Source of the DNA: Lingula anatina
Lineage: Eukaryota > Animalia > Brachiopoda
Length of the DNA: 64,000 bases
Reading direction: 5' to 3'
Assembly (NCBI GenBank): GCA_051362555.1
Contig: CM120640.1
Span: forward strand, 13,702,001-13,766,000
Position numbers and translations under genes: made by a program. Of the stretch, positions 40,882-61,200 are shown piece after piece (the first letter of the stretch is position 1; the number at the start of each line of letters is the position of its first letter). The notes below the pieces were generated by a model. That model made no database searches, was not told the DNA's origin, and worked only from the letters and a program-made list of their open reading frames with translations.

Positions 40882-41177
40882 GACTAAAAAATAAAGAGGT
40901 AATGAAACAAGTGCAGCTTGGGTACAGAATGCCCAAACCTACCTCTCCGGAGTTCACTGTACCGAATGCCTTGTACGACAAGATGCTGGAGTGCTGGAAG
41001 GCGGACCCTGAAGAAAGACCATCATTTCATGAGCTCTTTGCTTATTTCACAGACTATGCTATTGACATGGGGGAAAACGAAAATGGTGATGAGGAATACA
41101 GAGGTCCTGAGGATTTTGGACATGATTACGCTGAAACCCCGGAGGAGGAGGAGATAAATTTGGGGCTAACTTACTGA
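40882..41177 (+). CDS. Src-family kinase 1, alternative distal last exon 10b (545-aa isoform) with divergent acidic tail
   Basis: Acceptor ttgttttttag|GA is phase-compatible with the exon 9 donor (CCA G|gt). Reads GLKNKEVMKQVQLGYRMPKPTSPEFTVPNALYDKMLECWKADPEERPSFHELFAYFTDYAIDMGENENGDEEYRGPEDFGHDYAETPEEEEINLGLTY*. Open frame, clearly paralogous to exon 10a. Confidence 0.82.
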
Positions 41178-44100
41178 ATAGTAGTCAATATGCCTTTATT
41201 GCTGACTGTGGTAAGCAAATGCCACTAAATAACATGTAATGTGTGTTATACCCTGTCTTGACAGTTGTGAAAACTTGCCTTGCATGTATTTTGCCTCTGT
41301 ACAATGCATTGCTGAACAATTACAATTATTGCATTCACAATACAATATTCAATTAATAACCATTTGGAGTTTAGACAAATGAGGAACACCATGATTTTCT
41401 GAGGTATCCCATTGAAGTTTTGCTACTTGAGACAAATAAATTCATAATTTATTGATATTGTTTTGAGTATCCTGTGGTCATTTGAAGTGGCAAAAGAGGC
41501 AGGTCTTTTTATCAAAATACATCAATTTTGTTATTGATAAACATGATACATATTACATGAATTGCCATGCTTAAAGCAATTTAAACTGCATAGGGTACAA
41601 CTAGCATTTAAGTTTGGCGCAGGGTCTTAAAATTTATTTCATCTATCTAAAGAACATTAAAATGTGTTTGGATAAAGGGTCTTGAATGATTGGAAAAGAC
41701 TCCATTAATGGGAAGACTACATTGATATTGGGAGTGAAGCAAATGTTTAATAAAGGCAATCAAAATCTGTTTAAACCTTGGTGCCAGTAAATTGCCCCCT
41801 TTATCTGTATAAATAGCTTGTGAGTAATTGCTTTGAAGAACGGGTTAATTGCATTTGAGTGAGCTTTCAAAATGTAAAATTGTTTCTAAGATTAGATATT
41901 ATTGCGGTAACCGCTCTGATGTTGCTTGAATGTTAGTTTCATTTCATGTCCAATGCATTGAAAATGAAAGCTAAACCCTATCTTTAGTAGTTACTTGTAA
42001 CTTTTCACATTAATTTGGTAAAATAAATCATTTTACGTGCAAATGCAGCTGGATTAAATTTAAAAGCAAGGCATTATTTGTGTTCTTTCCACATGTTTCA
42101 GATAAAAGTTTTGGAGATGCCAGATTTTTGAATGTTTGTTGTTATTTTGATAAAAACAGTCCACATTTTGCTGAACTTTCAGAAGTTAAAAGCAGCCTTA
42201 TAATTCTTATTTGGTATGCTAGAAACAGTGATAGAGGTTTCCCAAAACTGATATAAGGCAACTGTTATTTCTGTGGTACATAAGGCACGGTTTTCTAAAG
42301 GTGCACTGTAGGGATAACAGAGCAGTTTTTCTTTGCGTTTATGCATAATAGCAAACAGTAAGAAGTACAAGAATGCATGTTTTTATATAACATTGACAAA
42401 ATAGATTTGATAGAATGCCAACAGGAATAATGAAGGCAAGTAGGGATAGTTGTATCATATTTACATCCTGTATCCACTGATTTGAACTGTGTATTTCTTT
42501 CTACTTAAAGCTTTTGTATAGTATTTTGTACATAATAAATTTTATGAACTCTGCTTGAGTAAAATGTTGAGAGAATATTGACATTTAGTTACCTATGTAT
42601 AAACATATATCTATATCATTTCTTATATATTTTATATATTATAAACAATATTATCCACTTGTAATGTTTGTTAGTATTTGTAATGCATTGTACAAAAGTG
42701 ACACTTTAACATTGCATATACATATATTTACATGGAATATGTTTTGTTAATGCCTCACAAAAAAATCTTCAACATTGTATTGCACTTCTGTGTGTGTTGT
42801 CCTGAAGACAGGAGTGTGTGAGGAAACTGTCTGTCCAAAACTTCTTAATAGCAAACTGGACTATCACCTGGATAAGCCATTGCTTTAACACTGGCTGAAC
42901 ATACACATTTTTGTTATAGCTAATGTAGTATCTGTGAATTTTGTTTTCTGTATTGTGGACCATTTGTGTGTTTGTTTGGTACAAATAACTTACGGAGTTT
43001 TTCTGGTAATTTGTGGTACAATTAAGAAAGATTGCAGTGGAGATGGAGTAGTTCTTGTGCTGCTCTGCAGCATGCTGGCAGTACTTACTTCTGTGTAAAT
43101 GTGGCATTGTGAATTGAAGTGTCTAGAAAGTAACACTGTCCGTCAGCATTGTCAAAATTACTTATTTTGCTGCAGTTGGTATAATTTTATTGTATATTTA
43201 TGTTAAATATACAGATACATGTACTTGTAGTATTGATTTTACGCAAGTAGGTTGGAATGGAGAGGGCTCAAGAAATTAGTTTCTTGTAAGCTTTCTTATC
43301 ATTGTTTGTAAAAGTCATTTCTGTTTTCACCAAGTGCAATTGGAACTGTTCATAAATCCTAAATTAGCTGCAGCTTTATTCATTGAGAAATCCTATCCGA
43401 GCTGTTTTGATTTTTCATGTTTCTATGTAAAAGAAAAATTTTTTTGTAAATTGCATATTTTGAAAATTTGATTGTGGTCTTACAGTATACAGACACATGC
43501 ATGAAACTGTCTTATGTTTTTATGTTCAAAGTAATAAATAGATGCAAAGTATTATTGTACATACTCTTCTATACAGGATAAACATATTATTCAGGAACAT
43601 TGTATACTCATACAGTCAAGTTTCTGGTCTCTTCCCTAGACCACATCATTTGTTTATCTTTCCAGATTTAACTCCAAAATACATTGACTGGCTTTTATTG
43701 AAAGTTTTTAATAGCAGTAGGAGGAACAAATACCTTTTTGATATCCTGGATTATTCACCAATAGATGAAGGTCATATAACTAGATGAAATTTAAGAATCA
43801 CTGTTTGTGTATGTAATGCCAAGTCTAATGACAAAAAAAAAAAAAAAAAAAAAAAAACAAATTAATTAATTAATAAAAAAAATTAAAAAATTAAAAAAAA
43901 TAAAAAAAAAATTGAAATTTGTTTTGAAACTGAGTTTAGAATGATTTTAGATGTCCCTGCAGAGGGCCCTTCTTACTCATATATTGTCACCCAAATTTAT
44001 AAGCCATAGCACAATGTTTGATTAATCTGGATTGTAACATCACATAGATAATAACTGAGATTACTTGAAGGATGACAAGATGTCTCTTTTCTGATGAAGT

Positions 44101-45213
44101 GATAGGAAAAAAGTGCCATGTCATCAATACTTGTCACTTTTTATCGTGCTGAAACTAGCCATGTTTCATGTGAAAAAAAAAAGCGTTTGCATATAATGAT
44201 GTAGTCTAAACTATTGCTTTTGCTGTGCAAAAAATATTTGGGCATCACTAAAACATTAATTTCGACAAGTGCTCATATTCCAAGTACAGTATTTTTCAGA
44301 CACACCAAATATGTTCATTTGTTTTTCTTTCTTATTTTAGATTTTATGTTTCTGGGTGGCAAAATTCACTCGAACACATTATTGATCAATTTTCAAAGTT
44401 CGAAATATTTGAAGCGCGAGCACACTTATCACTCGCATTTTTGTGGTTTGGAGGTCGTAAATTTCCAGAAAAAAATAAATTAATTAATACATAGGTGCTT
44501 TTCTGTCCTCTATGTTGTATACATGTATATTATTAATGAACATCAAAGTAAATAAAAATACAGTAGGCTTAAATGTTATAAGTATTAAAATTTTATTTTG
44601 ACTCCCTCGATCTCCCCTTTTTACTTCCTTTCACTATTTGTATTGGGACCGCCAGGGAGCGAGACACGCCGACGTTACTTTGTTGAAGAAAAATAGTCAA
44701 TAAATAGACACAATTAGAATTGTCTGTAAGAATTCGTAATAACATAGATCTATTACCTACGTATACATCAGAAAGAATTCACAGTTTAGATTACAAGACG
44801 TTGTATTGCTGAGCTAGTGCTCTGTGTTACTTGATTAATTATTGCTCCCTTATGTTAGGATAGGTGGCGCATAAATCAGTTTTGTGCGGCTATGTGTTGA
44901 TACTTCCTGGTTCTGCTTCACGGGAAAGTTTCGGGCAAATGTACTGTCGTCTTCTAACCATCTCCTGCGTCCTTGAACATGTCCGGTACGACGTCTAGGT
45001 GAGTATATACGATAGTTGGGACGTTTGAGGTATTTTATAGTGTATAAGATAAGCATTATGATAACTTTTTGTCTGATTTATCAACTTTCAACTTTAACGT
45101 TATAGATGTTCTCTTACAAGCTTTTCACAAGTTAACCAACTTTTGATGAACTAAAAAGAATGTAGTCACTGACCATTTACAGCAGTTACATATTTAAGGT
45201 ACATAGAAAATGA

Positions 45214-45216
<3 letters not shown>

Positions 45217-45279
<63 letters not shown>
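45217..45279. repeat. (TA)n microsatellite in first (5'UTR) intron of Src-2
   Basis: Direct reading. Confidence 0.9.
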
Positions 45280-45283
<4 letters not shown>

Positions 45284-45961
45284 GTTAGCACTATTCTAAC
45301 ATCGCTTAATTGTTTTCAGTTTTACTAGAAAGTGTTTTAATAATTAATTGATGCGATAGAAATAAATCATTTCGTGAAAACTGGGAAGTCAGTGGATACC
45401 TGGTACATATACCCTTTCCAGATTTTTTTATGACAACAAAATTCCAAGTTTTAATTGGCACAATTTCAATTAAATGCCTAACATTTTTGTTGATTGAAAA
45501 ATGGCGTTAATTACTAGTACATATATTATATATTCCACTTAATACAATGTATATATGTAGACTAAATATATATTTTATTTACATTTGATAATTGAATCAT
45601 CTCTTGGTGCTTTTCTTGTTTGGCCCAATGAGCTAGATATTACTGTATTAGACCTACCATTGTGGAAAGAAAATGTTTTTGCTCCATGGCTAGCATTAGC
45701 ACTTACTGCATGGAAGTGGTACTAGTATATGAGAAGCTAGCATGTACAGTAATTCATTCTGAAAAGTCACAGGAGGGCTGTTGAATTATGTAATCAATGT
45801 AATAAAACCTGACATGTATCATTGTGGTGCATATAGTGTATTAGATCACAGAGAATATGAATATAAGGTAGGGCAGATGTTATCTTCATAATTTATATGA
45901 GGACAATATATGAAGATGTTTTTAAAAGAAGCGATTATTAAATTGCACAGAATTTCATGTA

Positions 45962-45964
<3 letters not shown>

Positions 45965-46014
<50 letters not shown>
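45965..46014. repeat. (TA)n microsatellite just upstream of the acceptor at 46041/46042
   Basis: Direct reading. Confidence 0.9.
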
Positions 46015-46015
<1 letters not shown>

Positions 46016-46179
46016 TATTCATTCTCTCATTTCTTTTCTAGGTTACCCTCCCTGTGAAGGAGAATTTAGAAGGAACATACATGAGTCTGAAGATACCAAT
46101 AACCACAGTGATATAAAAAAGAGAAGGAATTACTAGATTATTATATTGCCATATATATGGGCTAACACTTTTTAAAAAA

Positions 46180-53660
<7,481 letters not shown>

Positions 53661-54222
53661 TACATTGATACATTACATACAGGTGCTGATCGGATGTTCT
53701 CAAGTCCTGTGTTGTCCAGAGCTATAATGATTGTTGCTTTTGTTCTGCTTGCTATGTTTAGTCTTTGTAGGTTGCTGTATGCATTTTTTTCTTTTGATTC
53801 TATCTATGTTTCTAGGCTGGTGCTTGATGGTGTTTATTGGTCTTTTTTGCTTCATTTTATTGCTTTTAATAGGTATTTTAATAATCTAATCTGTTGTATT
53901 TGTAGCTGAACTGTGCTTGGATTTAACCCATGCTTAAAGATTCTGAGTGAAACAAAAATATTAATATGCTGCAGCTCATTATTTTATATGCAATGCTTCT
54001 AATTCTTTTGTAGAATATGTTTTGTGAAGTTAAATACTAAGAAATTATTTTAGCATTGATTCTTTATGTCAGTTATGTTTGCATATTTTTCACAAGTAAC
54101 TTGTATATACTGTTGCATGAGTATATCATGAAAAATCGAGTGTGATTGAGTAAGTTATATTATTACATGTTTATATGTACAACTGTATATATTATTAAAT
54201 TTTTTGGTATATATAATTATAG

Positions 54223-54431
54223 GTATGAGTAACCGAGATGTCCTAGATCAAATTGAGCGAGGCTACCGTATGCCCAAGCCACCAAAATGCCCAGACAGCC
54301 TGTATGAAACCATGCTGCTGTGCTGGAAATCTAATGAAGAGGAAAGACCTACATTTGAGTTCCTGCAGGGCCATTTTGATGACTTTTTCATCTCCACTGA
54401 GCCCAGCTACAAGGAAGCTGACAATGACTAG
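54223..54431 (+). CDS. Src-family kinase 2, alternative distal last exon 10b
   Basis: Acceptor ataattatag|GT. Reads [69 protein letters not shown]. Same length (209 nt) and phase as exon 10a. Confidence 0.85.
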
Positions 54432-57400
54432 ATGCCTCAATGATTCATCTTACTAAAAATGTCAAAGACTTGCCCTTAATGATTCTTTAAGACTGATGAA
54501 AGATACAGGACCATACTGGAAACCTTTGAAATCAGATGGATGAATGTTCATGTCAAGATCATGATACATTCCAAGATATTCAATTCACTAGATTACTATC
54601 CCTCTAGGGCAAACAACAATTAGCTGATTACTTTTTGATTGTGTTGTGTTTTTTTAATTGACATGTTACAACAAACTCCACTGGTTACAGACCAGTCATT
54701 GTGATACCCACTCATGCCCGAGTGAATTTGACAAACATAGTATTATACATGTACAATGACACTAGTTCCCACTGAAATTATGTTCAAGTAATTTGGCTTT
54801 ACCCTTGTCAAATAGTCTGCAATGCTGAGTACTGCTTTATATTTATTAAACTTGCTTAGCCAAGCCTGTTAAAAATTTAAGTTGACTCGAGGCATCTTAA
54901 AAGCCCTTTACCTCGTTTCTTTGGTCTTTTAAACCTAAACCCAAGACCAGGATCTGATTGCCTTGACACTGATTTCTACTCACTTTGACAATTGTATGTT
55001 TCTTTATTGAGAAAACTATGTTCAAGTGGGCATATCATTTATAAATGGCTGAAAGACAGCTATTGCATTGTAAACTTTACATAGTTGGCTATCTGAGTTA
55101 TTGATGGTTAGCCAAGCCCACTTACATTTTTTGTGTGAAACAAGTTGATAATAGAGAGATGGGCACACAATACCACAAATTTTGGTTCAGTCAGGCCTTT
55201 TTAATTCCCATAATTTTTAAAATCTAATTAAGTGTTTAGATGTTAATTAGATTTGTATTTAAAATCTGAGTACAGTAGTTTTAGTGTACAATTTAATCTC
55301 AGCTGGACTGAATACTAAGTTCTTGTTGAAATTCCCAAAATATTGCTGTGCAAGGCATACTTTTCTAGATTTTCGTGCAATGAAAGTATATTCCATGATT
55401 TCAATTATGAAGTGTAGGTATATTTTACCAATATTCAGTTTTACAATTATTTTAGATTATTTTAGTTAAGTGTGATTCTACGCTTTTAATCTTTAATGCA
55501 TTGTCTACTGTAATTGCAAACCTTTAATTAATGTTGGAAAATGTCAATATACTTTTTTTTATTCTTCATCTCTGTTTCTTACTATAGTCAGCATTGATTT
55601 GAAGTTTTTAGATGTGTAACAAATACATCTGTGTCAACTCTTGAAATAGATGACTTGTACTGCAGAAGTAAAAGAACAAATTATATTCAGGTTTGATAGC
55701 TAATCCCAGATTATATGTTAATCAGGTTGTTTTATATCAACTGTTATTAAATCAGAATTAGATTCCTTGACAATAAAAGTAAAGAAATATGCACAGTATA
55801 TTCATTATATGTCAGTGATTTGTTAAAGATTGGATATTAGTTTTAATCAGTATATGTTTAAGGCTTTGGAAGATTCAGAAGGTAATTATATAAGTGGACT
55901 GTGACAGAAGTGGACTCCACCCCCCTCCCCCAATTACGTGCTATAATGTGTAGGGGAAGTAAGGAGGAGGGTACATATTTGATCCATCTAAAGTATTAAA
56001 ATGGTCATATGAAATATACGAATTCAAATGTAAAGAAAAAATATATATATATTACATATATAATAAGTGCACTACAGATATAATTACCTTGAGAAAAATC
56101 AAATTTAAGGCTTATTTAAAGGCAAAATTTTCTATAAATTGCTTATACATAACTCCTCGCCTTTTACAGAAGCATTTGATTGCACCAGTAGTTAAAAATT
56201 ATAATTTTGTAGACTGGGCCTTAAAAACAAATACACCATATTTTTGTGCTTCCAACATTATTATTTAAATTGTTAATCTAATTTAGCATTTTTTAAGTGT
56301 TTAGTAGATTAGTCTATTGCTAAGCTTGTTTTATAGAAACATTCCAAGCTCTAAACCAAAAATTTTTCTATGTGGTTATAATTATTGTTAACCATTTTGA
56401 ATAGACAGATTACATTATTGGTTATTTTGACAGATTTTGGGTCTACAGAGGAGTTACTGAACAGATTTAGGGAGTCTTTGAGATTTCATTTCATAATTAA
56501 TAGTGTAATTTTGCCTTCCTTTTAGGAATCTGAACATTAAGTTGGAGATTCTGAAGTTGCAAACTTTCTTGCAAATGTTCTATATACACTAAGTTTTTGC
56601 ATTCTGCAGTATTCTATGCAGTTTACTGACAATCTTTATTAGTGACTTCTACAGTCCTCCAACAAAGACCATCTTATGTCAGCATTTCATATTTGTTAAT
56701 TAAACAACTGTACCTTATGAAATAAAATGTTAAAATATGACTAGCCATTTTGTAATATTTCAATCTTCAAAAAGGAACCTAAATTTGTGATCTATAATTT
56801 AGGTTATCACACCTTTACCCTAGGGAATACATTTGAGTAAAATCATGGAGTCTTATCACCTTATTGATTTAATTTTGTAATATACAAATAGGAGGTTACC
56901 AGCTTTGTTTTTGTGAGAGACCATCTGAAAATTTTACATAGAAATATATGGAAAATTCACAAATAAACTATTTCAGAAATTCACCCAAAAATGTAAGAAA
57001 AAATATTTTAACTAAGGAAGTGAATTTTTCTAGATGAGTTTTTTTACCTGCAATTTTAAATTGTATGGGAAACATTAAAATGGAGAAATTGGGTAAGTAT
57101 TGACCTTAAAGAATTCCATTTCAATCAAAAAATGTAATAGATAGGGGGGGTCCACTTCATGTACGTGAGCTTGAGACTATCTGAAATATTTTATCTGTAA
57201 TTCAACACCATACAGTGTGGAAGATTCACCAGAATTCAAAAGCATGAAAAACAGAAGTATTGATTCAGTATCTTTTGCTGCAGATTACAGAAAAGAAAAA
57301 AACAAGATGGCTTCGCCTTGGACTCTTTTTACCCAGTATTACCAAACAGAGGATAAGGTACACTTTTGATGGTTTATTGCCCTATTGTACTGAAAATAAA

Positions 57401-58270
57401 CCTAAGTAACATATTGATAAATTCTGTTGTCTTTGCTTTATCAAATTCATCCAATTTTTTCTTCCTCCACTGCTCCTCATTTTATACTATTTTTACATCA
57501 TAAAATTTTTCTTCCCTTCAACATTACATTAACTTTGTATGGCAACTTACAATACTTGTATTGTTGTTTATCAAAAAAAAAAAAAATTATTATTAAAAAA
57601 TCAAGTGATTTATTTTTATTGTTTTAAAACTTATTTTATTCTCGTTATAATACCTCGATTATGATTGCATTATTAATAAAATATTATTCTTGTATTACTG
57701 AAGTTTTGTTACCGATTTCTTACTTCTCAAGCACCCATTTTGTACATTATGACTATAGATAGTGTGGAATATTAATAAAAAGAATAATACTGACTAGAAA
57801 AAGACGTATAACTATATCTGGCTAAACTTTAAAACTGGATATTGATTAAATAATGATTATATTGCATCAATTGCAAGCAATTTAAAAAGCAATACGCTGA
57901 TGATTTTTTAAAAATTCATTCTTTGATTATAAGGCAGACTGCAAAAAGACAAAAAATTGCAACAAATGTCATAAAATCGACAAATGGTTACATTCAATTA
58001 CACAATCTTAAGGATAAGTTAGCCTTTAAAAGTTTATATCATACACAAATGCCCCACCTTTCCATGAGGTAAAATTCTAATTATACTGATACATGTATAA
58101 AATAGATATATATTCATATTTCAATGGCATACAAGACTATTTTGAGCACAATCACATAATTTAGAAAAAGTCCGTTTTCTTTACTAATCAAAACAAACCC
58201 ATGTCAGGATTTCATTCATAATGAACATTAAGTATATTTCTAACAGTGTACTTGAGACATGGAACATTTC

Positions 58271-61200
58271 TCATTCTACGTTCTTCTTCTCCAAGCATGA
58301 GGTTATAGCAGTTCTGATGACTGGTTCTTCTGCCAGATGCTTCTGGGCCTCCAACAATGAACACTTTAAGATGGCACAGACCAGCGCAGTGGGTACAACC
58401 TGAAGAAAGACAGAGAACGTCATAATTCTGATTCATATACCTCCAAGCAAGATATACTCACAAGCTTGCCATTGATTTTCCATACTCCTACTCAAATGAA
58501 TGTTTCTTGATATATTATAACACACACAACTGCTTAGCAAATACAGCAAACCATGCTTCTGTTCCATTAAAAAATTCATCTGGCTAAATCTTAAACATGG
58601 CTTGCAGATACTTCTTCGTTATGATGTTGCTGTGATGAAGTGAAAACAGTGAAGTGAAACAGTCATAAGGTATGACAAAAGTATGAATCTAATCTGCACA
58701 TTAATCATTGACATTTTGGTAAAATGTGGCTCGTTGGATACTAAAGTTACAAAATATAAATTGCCTCAGTGATAAAAAAGACCACCGATTTGTGAAAACC
58801 TTGTATGACAGTAAACATAGTTTGATTGTATGTATACAAAAAAAAAAAACAAAAACAAAAAAAAACAAACATAGCTTCATTACCTTCTCCTGTGATGTAG
58901 CCTGTAAAATATGCTGACTGACATTTGCAGTGGTTTGCTGGCCAGTCAAAACATCTGTGCCATATATGGACTTAAGAAGGTACTCCTGGGCATCTTCTTT
59001 ATTGCAACCAGAAAATGTCTGTAATGGAACAGATTGCATCATGTCTTCTGCAGTCAAAGAAGCAAATAAAAGCAATATTTGACAGAAGTATTTCATTTTA
59101 GTGAATATATTGGTTATTTTTTTCGGGAAAAAAGAGTGACTTTATAAAAGTACTTTTATTCCTTATTATACTATTATTCTACTATCAATTACCATACAAG
59201 AGTTTTCAAAAACTCATAGAACAATTTTAAGATTGATTTCGAGTGGAGGTTTAATTGAATTTCTGATTGTAACAAAAAGAATATGCTTTCAAAGTAGGTG
59301 AGCATCAACTAAACATTACTACTACACGTAGTAAGATCACCTGCCTGAATAATTTTTTTTTCATTTTTTACCTACCTCAACAATTCTAACGGCTCTATGA
59401 AACAGCTTGTTGTTACTAAAATAAAACCATCCATAATCAGTTAAACAACATAACAAGCAAGCACATTACAGAAATACGACAAAAGACTTCATTAGCAGAA
59501 ATCAGTTAGTGCAACCAAAACGTGTTACATTATACTTAAACGTAGCATTACATACAGTTTTCTATAGATCAAAACTACACACAAATGACCTTTAAAGCTT
59601 TATTGCTTTTCTAAATCCTACAAGTACAATTAATACTTACAAAAATACCTGCACTAATGAAAAGCCACTAACTCTGATGCAGGGAAACCATATCACTGAC
59701 AGGATGCACATTGTTGCTCTTATTATTTACATATGAATTATGCAATTCAAACGCCCATCCATCTCAATTCATTCTGCAACAAATATGCTGTTTAAGTTAC
59801 TGCACTGAAAAGGAGTTCTTATAAATTCCTTATATTAGAGTTATATATTTCTCAGCATTTTCCACCTGTGCCTTACCTGACCCTAAGGTCCACCATATAA
59901 TTCTGGTAGACTTTCCCCTGCAGTATGTGTGCCCCTGTGGTGACAGCATTACACACCCATTTGGTGGCTATCTCTGCAAACAACTTGAAACTGAGGTCTA
60001 AGTGCTCTGGGCCAAAAAGCTCCTGGATCTGAATCCACGGTAACTGAACTGTAATTTTATTTGTGGTCTTTGGCACCTGGAAAAGTTGATGATAATAATT
60101 TTATCTCTGCCTCATAATTTGTACCAAGATTATTTTCTTACAAAAAATAAAGGTGGGTACTAGATCCTCTGATACCCCAAATATGGGTTAAATTACCAAA
60201 TGTGAAAATATCAATCAAAACATTTAACATTAATATTTGGTTATGTACTGTAGATAACACACAAAGCTCAACAAAATACCTCTTTCATTTTTTCCTGCCC
60301 ACTTTGTGCATTATTCATAATGTGTATGACAGCACTTTCTGCTGGCCCATTCTGCACAGTAGCCAACAGTGGCAAAAGGGAGGTATTCATAGCAGAACCT
60401 GGTAGTTTAAATTGCATTGAAAAGATCTCACACTTTAATGTTTTAAATTTTAAGTAGGCTTCAATTTAACTACCATTGTAAAAGAATTAAGTTCTAAATT
60501 CTTTGGCCAAAGTGAAGTTTTGCAAATAATAAACTATTTATTTAAAAGACAAAAATTACAACTTGTTTAAATGACAACAAAAAGATATCATGCTTTAATG
60601 TATTAAATCTAAAATATTTCAATACAACAAGCATTGTCCAAGTAAGTAAAGTACTTGAATAAAGTTTCTTCAATCATTTTTTGATCAAAGAGAAGTTTTG
60701 CAAATGATCAAGTACATTGTATTTATTTAAGACAAAAAATGCCAACTTGTAAGAAAACAACTTAAAGAAAGCAGCAAATAACAGGTAAATCTCTTCTCAC
60801 CATGGTTGATGAAGATCACAATATCAGAGTTCTGAAGGTTAGGCAAGATGGTTGACTGAAAGTCATCTACTGCTATGGAGAAATGCCTTCCCTGTAACAA
60901 TTGACAATATCTGATCACATCCAATTATATACCCTAGTTTACTGAGCCAAAACAAATGACACCATATCTACATTCCTGCAAATTAAATATTCAGGGTCTT
61001 TCATTCAATGCAAAAATTTACATTCTACTTCCAAAGAGTGATTCAGAATATCTACAAATATATCAAGTCTTTTTTTTTCAAATACTGATTAATAGATAAA
61101 AAAATAAACAAGAAAACTTGAAATGGAAACAACTGAGTAAACAAAATAATATTTCTTTTTAAACATGACAACTTTAGTAAGAGTTATCAAAATGGATTTT

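Noticed and set aside
40882-41177. Exon 10b copies (also 54223-54431) as remnants of separate truncated kinase genes or pseudo-exons
   Set aside because: No other kinase exons lie in the 430-560 nt gaps, frames are intact despite strong nucleotide divergence, and acceptors and phases match exon 9.
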